A stretch of 63,387 nucleotides of DNA, filler included, from Octopus bimaculoides (taxonomy: Eukaryota): assembly GCF_001194135.2 (NCBI RefSeq). It is 5 parts of 5 records of this genome, joined end to end, with 100 filler letters (N's around TTAATTAATTAA, not from the genome) between each part and the next. Parts side by side here need not be neighbours in the genome. Positions count along the whole stretch, not along the records: positions 1 to 12,520 come from NC_068990.1; 4 more parts are not named here. The stretch is one strand, 5' to 3'. Shown piece after piece: positions 1 to 12,576 of this stretch. Position 1 is the stretch's first letter. The number at the start of each line of letters is the position of its first letter. The position numbers and the translations under genes are program-made. The notes below the pieces were generated by a model. That model saw only the letters and a program-made list of their open reading frames with translations. It was not told where the DNA came from and did no database searches.

Positions 1-344
1 ATTACCATGTCATATTGGATATATATCTTTCGAAATATTAAATATTGATTTCCTGAGTATATTATTGATAAGTTTATGAATTTATTAATAATATAAAAAC
101 TATATATACACATTTATTTGCTCAAAATAATTGAGCACACAATTTAAGTTCAGTTATATATTCTTTTAGAATATTACTTATAAAAGTTATATATATATAT
201 ATATATAGTAGAGAATGTGACATATTGTATATATATATATATATTTAATAACGAACCATGAAATTCACACTCTGGAAAATTTATTTCTGTAAAATGTTGG
301 GCCAAAAATTTATTTCTGTAAAATCTTGGGCCAAAGATAAAGCA

Positions 345-720
345 AGTCGACGCCTGCTGTCCATCATGCAATGTCGGATGTGGCGAATATCATGCGCAAC
401 TAAAATAGGAGGATAACCTGGACAATGTTTATTACTTAGCTGTCCAGTAGCTTTGTACTTCTGAATTACTTTGGCAAATGTGTTTATGTTAATATTTATT
501 CATTTGCTAATTAACTTTTATCCTAAACCATTCTTGTGCAAAGTAAAAATAATTTTTTTCAAATCTTCAGACAATTTTTTTCCTTTTGGTGCCATTTTAA
601 TCACAATGAAGATTTTCACCACAGTACACCTCAGAATTCCTGCAGATGCAGTAACAATGACTGATGCAAAAATGCCAGGAGATATAATTTATTAGAATTG
701 AAACTATCTGCAATATCTGA
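345..720 (-). mobile_element. Tc1-like transposase 5' fragment (decayed)
   Basis: Minus strand from ATG at 595 reads MAPKGKKLSEDLKKIIFTLHKNGLG*KLISK..., a Tc1 N-terminal HTH-type start with internal stops. Confidence 0.6.
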
Positions 721-944
721 ATTAAGTGAAAAAAAATGATAAAATATCGAATATAGCAGATTTCCTGTAGGGTGTACATATTTTTGTAACATTTGAAAAT
801 TGATATTTCATTCATATCTTTGAAAATGTTTGTTTTGTGTTCCGAATTTGTATAATCTGTACATATATATGTATATATATATATGTGTGTGTGTGTGTAT
901 ACACACACACGTATGTATATACATATACATACATTGGCCCTTTT

Positions 945-1420
945 CGTCTAAGCAGACGGTCAATTTAGCTTAGAAGTCACTTAATTGAACATATCAGGGA
1001 CTCCCTTTCTTGAAGCTTCTTTCATGGCTCATTTTTCCTATGATTGAAGCACAGCTTCTGTCACATACCAAGAGAGTGGCTCAGCACTCAGCATTTCTGT
1101 TGTTTTCCTTTTGCCGCTGATGCTTCTCAACTGGTTTGTTTCTATAGCTGCTCTCTAGTGAAGCGGTTCCTTCCTTCACCACAGTCCTCCATGTTGTTCT
1201 GTCCTCAGCCCTCTCTTCCCAGGTGCTGACATCCACCTCACACTTGGACAAACTAGTTTTGCAAGTGTCCTTATACCTCAGTTTTGGTCTTCCTCTTGGT
1301 TTCTTGCCCTGGGCCAGTTCTCCATAGAGCAGTTGCTTCGGGATTCAATAGTCATCCAATCTCTTGACATGCCCCAGCCACCTCAGTCTTCTCATACACA
1401 AGATAGCTGTCATATCAAGA
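945..1420 (-). mobile_element. RTE-clade LINE, 3' end (decayed)
   Basis: Minus translation MTAILCMRRLRWLGHVKRLDDY*IPKQLLYGELAQGKKPRGRPKLRYKDTCK..., the typical RTE C-terminus. Confidence 0.85.
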
Positions 1421-1424
1421 CAGG

Positions 1425-1797
1425 CCATATCAAGCCTGATGACAAAGAGCTTGAGACAGTGGACAAGTTCTGCCCTCTAAGGTCTACCATTTCCTCAACT
1501 ACTTCACTTGATGATGAGATTAACGTCAGGATAGGGAAGGCAGCAACAACTTTTGGAAGGCTGACAAAATGAGTATGGCAGAACAAGTGATTAGACATCA
1601 AGACAAAGATTAGGATTTATGAAGAATGTGTTCTCAGCATACTCCTCTATGGATCTGAAACATGGACCTTGTACAGCAGACAGGAATGGTGCCTCGGCAT
1701 TTTCCATCTCAGATGCCTCCGCAAGATCTTAGACCTAACATGGCACAACAAGGTCACCAATGTTGAAGTGGTGGCACATGCGAATCTTCAAAGCATA
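1425..1797 (+). mobile_element. RTE-clade LINE, RT thumb fragment, inverted relative to the adjacent 3' end
   Basis: VDKFCPLRSTISS..LDDEINVRIGKAATTFGRL..KTKIRIYEECVLSILLYGSETWTLY..FHLRCLRKIL..WHNKVTNVEV. Confidence 0.9.
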
Positions 1798-2498
1798 TAT
1801 ATATATATATATANNNNNNNNNNNNNNNNNNNNNNNNNNNNNNNNNNNNNNNNNNNNNNNNNNNNNNNNNNNNNNNNNNNNNNNNNNNNNNNNNNNNNNN
1901 NNNNNNNNNNNNNNNNNNNNNNNNNNNNNNNNNNNNNNNNNNNNNNNNNNNNNNNNNNNNNNNNNNNNNNNNNNNNNNNNNNNNNNNNNNNNNNNNNNNN
2001 NNNNNNNNNNNNNNNNNNNNNNNNNNNNNNNNNNNNNNNNNNNNNNNNNNNNNNNNNNNNNNNNNNNNNNNNNNNNNNNNNNNNNNNNNNNNNNNNNNNN
2101 NNNNNNNNNNNNNNNNNNNNNNNNNNNNNNNNNNNNNNNNNNNNNNNNNNNNNNNNNNNNNNNNNNNNNNNNNNNNNNNNNNNNNNNNNNNNNNNNNNNN
2201 NNNNNNNNNNNNNNNNNNNNNNNNNNNNNNNNNNNNNNNNNNNNNNNNNNNNNNNNNNNNNNNNNNNNNNNNNNNNNNNNNNNNNNNNNNNNNNNNNNNN
2301 NNNNNNNNNNNNNNNNNNNNNNNNNNNNNNNNNNNNNNNNNNNNNNNNNNNNNNNNNNNNNNNNNNNNNNNNNNNNNNNNNNNNNNNNNNNNNNNNNNNN
2401 NNNNNNNNNNNNNNNNNNNNNNNNNNNNNNNNNNNNNNNNNNNNNNNNNNNNNNNNNNNNNNNNNNNNNNNNNNNNNNNNNNNNNNNNNNNNNNNNNN

Positions 2499-2785
2499 TT
2501 TTCGAGTGAGATCGTTGCCAGTGCCCCTGGACTGGCTTGTGCAGGTGGCACATAAAAGACACCATTTCGAGCGTGGCCGTTTTCGTGCGGGTGACACGTA
2601 AAAGCACCCACTACACTCTCTGAGTGGTTGGCGTTAGGAAGGGCATCCAGCTGTAGAAACTCTGCCAAATTAGATTGGAGCCTGGTGTTGCCATCCGGTT
2701 TCACCAGTCCTCAGTCAAATCGTCCAACCCATGCTAGCATGGAAAGCGGACGTTAAACGATGATGATGATGATGATGATGATGAT
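2499..2785 (+). mobile_element. SINE family A (GTTAGGAAGGGCATCCAGC core, (ATG)n tail), 3' part
   Basis: Shares core and tail with a second copy at 7050-7256; ends in (GAT)n. Confidence 0.75.
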
Positions 2786-4268
2786 AAAATATAAATATAA
2801 AGGGTAAAAATTATTAAAAATAATTTATACCAGTGGCTAGCATGTGTAAAAAATGTCAGTAGACATAAATATTTTTACAATATATACAAGTCTACAATAT
2901 ATACGAGTTTATACATGGAGAGAAGACCACTATATGGTCTTCTTACATGATAAAAAGGGCAGTCAAATTCCCAAACCATAAAAGAACATTCTTATTTAGG
3001 GCACTTTGATTGTAAGCGAGCAGGACAATTTGAAGGAATTAAAATATCAGTTAATTCTATACTCCGAAGTTTCACCATTAATGATTAAATACATCAATTA
3101 ATTAACCAACCGATTGATGAATCAACCATCTGTGGATCTTCAGTAGAATCACTGGGACATGTTATTATAAAACTTGAATACATAACAAAACACAAAGGAA
3201 ACACGTGCACACTGAGTTTCATCGTTACACATCAAGATTTCAAATTAAATGACCTCAATCATTGTGCCAAGCCAGAATAATACAGCAGTGAATATAAACT
3301 CAACAGTGAATTATCTGACCCAAGAATATTTGAATATAAATATAAAGGGTAAAAATTATCAAAAATAACAATTTATACCAGTGGCTAGCAAGCGTAAAAA
3401 ATGTCAGTAGATGACAACTCCAGTTAATTTGCCATATCAAGACAGTGTGTTACCTTTAACTAATAACTTATTAATGTTCAATGAAGAATAAGAAGAAAGA
3501 ATTTGACAACAAATACTCCTCATTAAATTTGAGATTGATAACTTAAAGAATGTGTCTGAATTTGTGGGTCATTCTGAGAATAATTTACATTTTTTAGATT
3601 ATTGATTTTTTTTACATTGTCATTTCATAACCAAGAATCATTCAAAGTGCCCTTCACTTAGAGTAAGCCAGGGAGCATGAGAGAGAGAGAGTGTGTGTGT
3701 GTGTGTGTGTTATAATGTGGAGTAAAATATAAAATACCAACAATAAGGTGGATAAGCAGGAAAACATTTTCACATGAGTGAAAGCCACAATTATATCAAA
3801 ACCATTTTATAAAAGCCTGAGAAAAATAATGCTGAGCATATTTTCTTTATTATTAGAAAATACTGTAAACGGATAAAAATAACAAAAGCTACAATGTGAA
3901 AAAATATACAGACTTACGAATAAATGTTTATAAATCATTGGTCAGGAATAATTGTTCACAGTCAAACAGAAAATAAAGTACCATAATGGACATATATATA
4001 AAGAGAAAAACAGCAAATTTTAAATCCCTGAGTGAAAAAAAAATGTTGTAACAGTACCAAACAGTAAGGTCAATTTGCCAACAAATGTGGCAGTCCTATA
4101 CAGGACGATGTGACTACTTTTTAGCCCCATACACACGCACAAACACATGAAAGCTAAGCACATATATACACAAGAGTTGGACAAAATAAAGAAAACACAT
4201 TGTTAAATGGATGTCTTACTATTTGGTATGAAGTTTCTCCAACTGTGACATTAATCACAGCTTTAATA

Positions 4269-5128
4269 TTAGGTCATCCCATAAATAAAGTGATTTTTTA
4301 TACTTCTTTTATTTTCCAAAATTAAGATAAACAAAGTTCTTTTTAATCTAAAATATAATCTCCTTCATTTTCTACAATACTCTTCCATTTATCTGGTAGA
4401 CTTGCAAGGCCCCTCTTCCAAAATTCATTTATCTGTCACAAAAATACTTGTCCAGTACTGTTCTGATCTCATCTACAGAATTCATATTTTTTCCATCCAA
4501 ATGAATTTGAAGACTGCAGAATAAATCATAGCCTAGAGTGCTGATGTTTCTCTTTTCTCTACCCACTGTCTTTGGCATTTGACATTTATATAAAGAACCC
4601 ATTTCTCATCACCAGTCACTATTCGGTCCAAAGATGTGACAGCAAAGAAGGGCACACTTTCACTCTCTGCACACGATTAGACTCGGAAAGTTTGTGAAGA
4701 ACCTATTCACCCACTTTACTGACTTTTCTGATAGCACATAGGTTTTCGATGAATGATTGAATGACCAAATCCAAGCTTCTCTGCTAATACCTCAACAGTT
4801 ACAATGGAATTTTGTTCCACCAGGGTTTGCAGGAGATCCTTGTCGAGCTCTACATATCTTCCAGGATGAGGCTCGTCTTCTAGGCTGTAGTTTCTGGTTT
4901 GGAATTTCTGGAACCAATGTTAACACTAGCTTACGCTGTCATTTCCATTATAGCTTTGAAAAAATAACTGTTAAAATCGAACTGCACTTTTCAAAACTTG
5001 CACCAAGAATAAGGTAAAATTACTACCTGCTTTCATAGCAAGTTGATGCAGGTAGTTTATCCTGTCTCCTTCCAACCTTTAGTTCATGCAATTGAAAAAC
5101 AAGCCACATTATTTATGGGATAACCCAA
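4269..5128 (-). mobile_element. Internally deleted mariner element with both TIRs and TA target duplication
   Basis: Left TA+TTAGGTCATCCCATAAATAA, right TTATTTATGGGATAACCCAA+TA; mariner transposase remnants on the minus strand. Confidence 0.8.
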
Positions 5129-5184
5129 TACATTGAGGAGTTGACTTATACAGGTTCTAAATGATTATTAGGGATATTTTGAAC

Positions 5185-5420
5185 CATTCTTCAAGTAAGT
5201 ACTTTCAGCAACAATAGCAGAAGGAAGCAACTTTTCACTTTCTAATCCAAGATGCACCATAAATGTTCAATTATACTGAGATCTGATGATTGTAGGGGAT
5301 CAATCCTAGTGGTCTACATCTCTTTTGTGCTCTTTGCACCAGGCTTTACCAATCACTGCATACCCAACCCCTACATTCCTTGCATTCATGTGAAGTCTTT
5401 AGTCATGCACCTTGGCAATA
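5185..5420 (-). mobile_element. Tc1 transposase C-terminal fragment
   Basis: Minus reads ..SSDLSIIEHLWCILD.., a decayed SPDLNPIENLW motif. Confidence 0.55.
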
Positions 5421-5704
5421 CCCTACCATTTATACTCTGACCCTGTATCTTGAGGGCATATCCTTCCACTGCCATCTCTCCCTGGCTCTTTTCTACCACC
5501 TCATTTATATTCTGATCCTTGTTCCTTATGAGCATGCCTGGGCACTTTGCCACCATCTCTCTCTGGCTCTCTTCCACTCTCCTTTCTGTTGTTCTCTTCC
5601 ACTCTCTCTCTCTCTTTCTCTCTCTCTTCTTCTTACTCTATCTCTCAGATTTGTTAACCATGTATCTCCTCTACAGCAACATACCCATTACTGGCCTCAG
5701 TCTT

Positions 5705-5714
5705 GATCACTTCT

Positions 5715-5747
<33 letters not shown>

Positions 5748-6932
5748 TTCTCTCTCTCTCTCTCTTTCTCCCTCCTCCCTCTCTCTCCCTCCCCTCTTTC
5801 CCTTTTGTCCTTCCTCACTCTCCCTTTTGTCCCTCCTCACTCTCTCTCCCTCCCCTCTTTCCCCTTTGTCCCTCCTCACTCTCTCTCCCTCCCCTCTTTC
5901 CCTTTTGTCCCTCCTCNNNNNNNNNNNNNNNNNNNNNNNNNNNNNNNNNNNNNNNNNNNNNNNNNNNNNNNNNNNNNNNNNNNNNNNNNNNNNNNNNNNN
6001 NNNNNNNNNNNNNNNNNNNNNNNNNNNNNNNNNNNNNNNNNNNNNNNNNNNNNNNNNNNNNNNNNNNNNNNNNNNNNNNNNNNNNNNNNNNNNNNNNNNN
6101 NNNNNNNNNNNNNNNNNNNNNNNNNNNNNNNNNNNNNNNNNNNNNNNNNNNNNNNNNNNNNNNNNNNNNNNNNNNNNNNNNNNNNNNNNNNNNNNNNNNN
6201 NNNNNNNNNNNNNNNNNNNNNNNNNNNNNNNNNNNNNNNNNNNNNNNNNNNNNNNNNNNNNNNNNNNNNNNNNNNNNNNNNNNNNNNNNNNNNNNNNNNN
6301 NNNNNNNNNNNNNNNNNNNNNNNNNNNNNNNNNNNNNNNNNNNNNNNNNNNNNNNNNNNNNNNNNNNNNNNNNNNNNNNNNNNNNNNNNNNNNNNNNNNN
6401 NNNNNNNNNNNNNNNNNNNNNNNNNNNNNNNNNNNNNNNNNNNNNNNNNNNNNNNNNNNNNNNNNNNNNNNNNNNNNNNNNNNNNNNNNNNNNNNNNNNN
6501 NNNNNNNNNNNNNNNNNNNNNNNNNNNNNNNNNNNNNNNNNNNNNNNNNNNNNNNNNNNNNNNNNNNNNNNNNNNNNNNNNNNNNNNNNNNNNNNNNNNN
6601 NNNNNNNNNNNNNNNNNNNNNNNNNNNNNNNNNNNNNNNNNNNNNNNNNNNNNNNNNNNNNNNNNNNNNNNNNNNNNCCTCACTCTCCCTTTTGTCCCTC
6701 CTCCCTCTCTCCGTTTTGTCCCTCCTCACTCTCCCTTTTGTCCCTCCTCACTCTCCCTTTTGTCCCTCCTCCCTCTCTCTCCCTTTTGTCCCTCCTCCCT
6801 CTCTCTCCCTTTTGTCCCTCCTCACTCTCCCTTTTGTCCCTCCTCACTCTCTCTCCCTCCCCTCTCTCCCTTTTGTCCCTCCTCACTCTCCCTTTTGTCC
6901 CTCCTCACTCTCTCCCTCCCTCTCCTCTCTCT
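5705..6932. repeat. Pyrimidine-rich minisatellite (~22-nt unit CCTCCTCACTCTCCCTTTTGTC) spanning a gap
   Basis: Repeated units visible on both sides of the N run. Confidence 0.9.
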
Positions 6933-7049
6933 GACTGGATAACCATGGATCTCCTCTATAGCAAGACACCTGTTTCTGTCACACTCTAACCTTTCATCAT
7001 CTGGCACACAATCAACTCCAATGTCACATCCCCTCTCAAAGGATCTTCG

Positions 7050-7256
7050 TGTTGCAAGATAATTGGTGACCCTGCCACGTAAAAAGCACTCAATCCACTC
7101 TACGGAGTGATTGGTGTTAGGAAGGGTATCCAGCCATAAAAAACCATGCCAAAACAGACAGCAAAGCATGGTGCAGTCTTCTACCTACCCAGCTCCTGTC
7201 AAACCCTTCAATTTATGCCACATGGAAAGCAGACATTAAATGATGATGATGATGAT
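7050..7256 (+). mobile_element. SINE family A, 3' part
   Basis: GGTGTTAGGAAGGGTATCCAGC core and (GAT)n tail, similar to 2499-2785. Confidence 0.7.
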
Positions 7257-7607
7257 TAGCTGTGTGAATCATCATATTACCATCCCAGAATATTGTGCTC
7301 TCATCAAAGAACAATGTTTGTACTGTAGAATGAACCTGACTCGCCAAAATACTCAGATAATCCTTGGTGTTAACTCTGCCATATAATACAACTAAAAGAA
7401 CTAAGAGAATTCCATGATATGGCTCCCCAAATCACCACAGAACCACCTCCATGCTTCACAACGAGGTCTAAACAGTCAAGGCTGAAAGCTTTTGGGGGAT
7501 GTCTCAGGACAAACTCACCTTGAAGTGGGGGTAAAGGTTGAATGATGATTCATCAGAGAAAATGACATCATTTCACTGGAACATTGACCACTTCTGATGG
7601 TCTAGAC

Positions 7608-8196
7608 CAGTGGCTCAATAAATACACAAAAACCATTTTAAGGGCTACATACTTTGTATTGTTGTTACTGGATTAGTGAAACAATTATGAGAACAGAACC
7701 AAGGGATAAACCCACTTTCCTGGGAATTACCAGGTATGTCAGCTTCTATATATATATATATGCTTATTATAGCCTCAGGCCGACCAAAACCTTGCAAGTG
7801 GATTTCGTACTCGGAAACTGAAAGAAGACTGTCGTATATATGTGTGTGTGTGTGCATGTCTTATGTTTGTAACCTAACCATTGCTTAACAACTGATGCTG
7901 TGTTTACATTCCTGTAACTTAGCAGTTTGATAAAAGACACTGACAGAATGAGTACTAGGCTTACAAAGAATAAATCCTGTGGTTGATTTCTTCGACCAAC
8001 GGTGATGCTCCAGCATGGCCACAGTCACATGACTGAAACAAGTAAAACAATAAAAATCTATGCCATTTTAATTCCGAGCAAGGCCGGGTATCTCTGCCAG
8101 TATATACATAAGGATAAGCATATTAAAAGGGGTCCGTGGGAAAACTCATTTAAATAAAAGGGTTGGGAACCACTGTGAAAAGGTTGGGAACCACTT
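7608..8196. mobile_element. hAT (Charlie-like) MITE with 8-bp TSD GTCTAGAC
   Basis: GTCTAGAC at 7600-7607 and 8197-8204; ends CAGTGG... and ...GGTTGGGAACCACT(G), with the right end present twice (8161-8175, 8182-8196). Confidence 0.8.
7765..8075 (+). mobile_element. SINE family C nested in the hAT MITE
   Basis: AGTACTAGGCTT..GGTGCTCCAGCATGGC..GACTGAAACAAGTAAAA 3' end shared with 19180-19340. Confidence 0.7.
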
Positions 8197-9529
8197 GTCT
8201 AGACACCATTTTCTGCTTATCACTATTGATGGGGGTCAGGAAAGTTTTAGCAAATGCAACCCTCCTGTGGTATACTGAAGCTCACAACAAATGGTTTTGG
8301 TTGATACAGGGTTGGCAAAGTGGTGATTGAGCTCTGCTGTCACTTTTACTGCCATAGTTTGATGGGTTTTTTTAGACACAATACATTTCCCTATTTTATA
8401 GTCCTTCACTATGGGGTTTGCTTTCTGCCCCAAATTATACTTACCAAAGCCGGAATTACCTTGGTTTTTGAATGCCTGCATAATTTTAGAGACCCTACCT
8501 CTTAAAACATCAAACATTTCAGCAGTTTTAGTGACTGAAGCTCTAACGATCCATTTTCAAAAATTTGTGTTCTTTGGAAATCAGATATGTCAGGCATTTT
8601 AGCTTATTTAAATTTAAATATCTGCAAAAAAAAAAAAAAAAAGCAGTACTATATTATGAAGTACAAGGCATACATAATGCATTTGAACATATGTAAACAG
8701 TTTTAAATGTCATATTGCCAAAGGAAACAAAAAGTAGTTAAATCAAAAAGTGGCGTTTCTATTATTTTGTCCAACTCTTTATATCATTACATACACAGAA
8801 GTGTGTGTGTGTGTGCATGCACATGTGTGTGTGTGTGTGTGTGCATGGTTAGTATTTTCTGTAATACCCAGGGTTTCTTAACCCTTATTCAGAGACTAAC
8901 CAGCACACCTTCGACTTTAATCTCTTCTGACTAACACTTGGTTCTCCACCCATTCTTGGCCCAATCCTCCACCAACACCAATCTGGTCCACAATCATGTA
9001 CATTCTTCCTATGTGTGAACTGAGAGCCATTATTTTAAAACAAAAATAAAGGTAAATATTTTCAAACCTGATTTGGTACCACACATCAAGGCTTTGTTTG
9101 GCCCAGGGCTATAGTAGAAGACACTTGCCATATAGTGGGACTGAACTTGAAATATGGTTCAGAAGCAAACTTCTTAACTACAGTCACACCAGCACCTATC
9201 CACACAGCCACCTCAGTGTGTGTGTCTGCATGTGTAATATGTGTGTGTGTCTGCATGTGTAATATGTGTGTGTATGTGTAATATGTGTGAGTGTATGTAT
9301 ATGTATATATATGAGGGTATGTATGTGCTTGTGTGTGTATATGTATATGCATATATGTAGGTATATGTATGTGTGTGTGTATATATACACTTTTAATAAA
9401 TTCCTAAAAATTACACAAGAAACTGAGTTTATTCATATTATTAGTATCAAAAAAGGAGTAATTACTGTTTTACTTGTTAGACTTGCCATCATGTTTCACT
9501 GCCTTGAAGACTAGCTGTATACCTCCACA

Positions 9530-10690
9530 TGAGCACCTCCATTTTCAACAACCTTCAGCCACCTTTGGACACAGGCCTCTCTGACATTTTGCAGCATCAC
9601 TTTTCTGACTTCGCTGCAGGCCTTGCGGATTCATTTTTTTCAAGCTTTAACAGGTCACAGGGTTTAGTGGTATACACCTTGCTTTTGATATAGCCCCACA
9701 GAAAAAGGTCATAAGGTGTGAAGTCAAGGGACCCCTTCAACCGATCCATCAGGCAGGGAACTTGATGTTCAGGAAATCTTTCACTAACCTGGTAAAGTGG
9801 GGAGGAGCTTTGTCTTGTTGAAAAATGATATTAGAAAGATCAAATCTCACCTGAAGTTGTGACACAGCAAACTCCTGCAGCATCACCAGATAATTTTACT
9901 GTGTATTGGTGGTCATGTTACCTGATGCATCATGGAAGAAAAATGGTCCAGTCAGTTACACATGACACACCATACCACTAGCTTCAGAGAGTCTCGTTCA
10001 TGTTCGAGAATTTCTGCTGCCTTTGATTTTCCTCAAATTTGACAATTGTGTCAGTTTACTGACCAGAAAGATGAAAGATAGACTCATCACTGAACCATAA
10101 GTTTTCCAAGAGCTGAGCGTCATTTTGGTAATAGTGGAGGAGTGATTCATACATTTCTACATGAGCTTCATAATCTCCTGCTTGAAGACTTTGAACAAAC
10201 TGAAGTCAGTATAGGTAGAGCTTTATCGCTCACCGAAGCATCCACTGAATTGAGCTTTTGTTGATGTTAAGTTCCAGTGCAGCCTTCCAGATGGACTTCC
10301 CCTGGCTTTTCATGAATGCCTGCTCCAGGACTTCAATGTTTTCATCAGTGGAGGTAGTAGCAGGCCTTCCACTGTATGGTTTACAGATACTGTTTCAAGA
10401 AACTTGCTATGGATAGCATAAACTGTACTATGCATTGGAGGAGTGTGATGGCCATAAATCTTCTCAAACTTGTGCTGAACTGCAGTAGGGGACTGAAAAA
10501 CTTCTTGCCAGGTGGCAATTTTGCAGCGCTGCTCTAATGTCAATTGGTGAGCCTAAAGCAAGGGAATGATTCACTTACAAAAACTGCAAAGCCTAAAAAC
10601 TGTCAAATGCTGATGGCCTCGCATCTCTTCGAATGATACATGAAACAAAATAGAAAAAATAAAGTGTATAGTGACTTTTGGAACACCCTG
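9530..10690 (-). mobile_element. Tc1/mariner-superfamily element with DUF4817-type N-terminus (decayed)
   Basis: TA+CAGGGTGTTCCAAAAGTCAC TIR at the right end; MTLEQRCKIATWQEVFQSPTAVQHKFEKIYG.. and ..DFTPYDLFLWGYIKSKVY. Confidence 0.8.
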
Positions 10691-10712
10691 TATGTATATG
10701 TGTGTATATATA

Positions 10713-11585
10713 TATGGGCTGATCAATAAGTATCCGGACAGTTGCGATAGTAACAAAGCTAAAGCACATGGACCTTGAGCTCTGCTGTGCATGAGCACTA
10801 AGTTTTAACATTCTAGCTCACTTCTGCTGTTTTCAGCAGTGCTTGGAAGGAAGGTATGTAGCATGTGATCATCGCATTGAACATGACAGAGAAAGTTGAG
10901 TAGAGAATCTGCATCAAACTTTGCCAAATGCTTGGTGATACCTACTCAGAGACCTACATAAAGTTTACAAAAATGTTTTCGTCATTCTCAACACAATCAA
11001 GGAGATCTTGTGCAACTAAAACCCAAGTGTCTTTTTGGTTAGCTGAAAGCAGTTTTGGCACAAACTTGGCAGACATGCATCTCATACCCAAATCTTCAGT
11101 GATAATGGACTGAACTGAGCCATAACTAATCTGCACATCTTCTGATCACTTATGGATGGTGATTCAGCGATTTCCCCTCACAAGTGCATGCATATCTGCA
11201 ATGTTTTCCTCAGTTCTGCTGGTTTCAGGTCTCCCAGAACATTCGTCAATATCAACATTTTTTGGCCTTCTTGGAAATGTCTGAAACACTTATACACTTG
11301 TGTGCAGCTCATACACTCTTCTCTACATGTTTTCTGCAACTTTGCGTAGGCCTCTGAGCAGGTATCATCATGAAACCTTTCTCTGTCATGGTCAATGAAA
11401 TGATCACACGCTACACACCTACCTACCAAGCACTTCTGTGAATAGAGGAAGTGAGTGAGAATGTTAAAACTTAATACACATGCACAGCAGAGTTCAAGGT
11501 CAATTTTTGCCAAGTAGCTTCACTCTGCATGCTTTAGCTTTGTTACTATGGTAACAGTCCGGATACTTATTGATCAGATCTCGTA
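10713..11585. mobile_element. Mariner-derived 5'-5' foldback non-autonomous element, copy 1
   Basis: Both ends are the same 5' TIR+UTR+ORF start (CTGATCAATAAGTATCCGGAC.. / ..GTCCGGATACTTATTGATCAG); transposase HTH region runs on the minus strand. Confidence 0.85.
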
Positions 11586-12564
11586 ATATATGTATATATA
11601 TATCATATATATATTTATGCACATGTATGTGTGTGTGTGTGTGTGTGCCTGTGCCTGTGTGATTGTGTATTTATATATATAGATATATATATACACACAC
11701 ACACACATACACGCATGCACACACACATATACCCATGCATACACACACACACACACACGTACACACACATTGACTGGAAAGTTAATGTTACTAGATAATT
11801 AGTCTTATTGCAATGACTTTCAAATCTTACTGTAGGCATTGTGCGCTCCTGGGGGAAAAAAGAGATAACGAAACATCAGTTTGTTGAAAACAGGTTCAAT
11901 TTTTTAAGGACTGTATGGGAGGATTCTGCACCCCTCGACCCACCCCTCTCCACACTTGCCAGTTTCAGGTTTGACTATTCATTTGCTTGGTTAATTAAAT
12001 TCTTCCTTGTGAAATTAATGTACATGTAGCTAAGTGTTCTAATAGCTGAATGAACATGAAAAAGCTGAATGCTAGAAAGTAGAGAAATGGAAGTGAGAGA
12101 CAGAGAGAGATAAGGAATGGGGTAGAGAAAGGGAGAGGAAGACAGGGAGATAGAGAAGAGAGAGGGGGATAGGGAGAGAGATTTAGAGAGTGAGGGGCAG
12201 ACAGGGGGATAAGGAGAGAGAGATAGAGAGGTATGCAGAGAGGGGGATAGTAACAGAAAGAGAGAAGAATGGACTGCAGTATTTAACATGCGTTTTATTG
12301 ATTGACCTTGAGAGAAAATACAAGGCAAAGTTGACCTTGACAGATATGGACCTAGTGCACAGAGAGCTGGATCAAAACATGATATTTTAATGAGAGAGTT
12401 AATTGGCTGCTTTAAATGGTTAAGTAATTACCAAAGAGAAAGTCAACCATATTTAAAAAATATAAATCCAACAACAAAATCACCCCCACCCCCAATGTAG
12501 ATTGGTAACAGAATACATATNNNNNNNNNNNNNNNNNNNNNNNNNNNNNNNNNNNNNNNNNNNN

Positions 12565-12576
12565 TTAATTAATTAA
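12565..12576. other. Assembly gap linker TTAATTAATTAA (artefact; also at 41687-41698, 60840-60851, 62265-62276)
   Basis: Identical 12-mer centred in N runs four times; it places stops in all frames. Confidence 0.9.

Larger units (their letters stand above)
7270..8560 (-). mobile_element. Tc1 transposase (N-terminal and DDE-start parts) interrupted by a hAT MITE
   Basis: Reading across the MITE target duplication gives RKWCLDHQKWS..VIFSDESSF..KHGGGSVVIWGAISW. Confidence 0.75.

Noticed and set aside
12565-12576. TTAATTAATTAA islands inside gaps (four occurrences)
   Set aside because: Identical linker centred in N runs; an assembly artefact, not biology.
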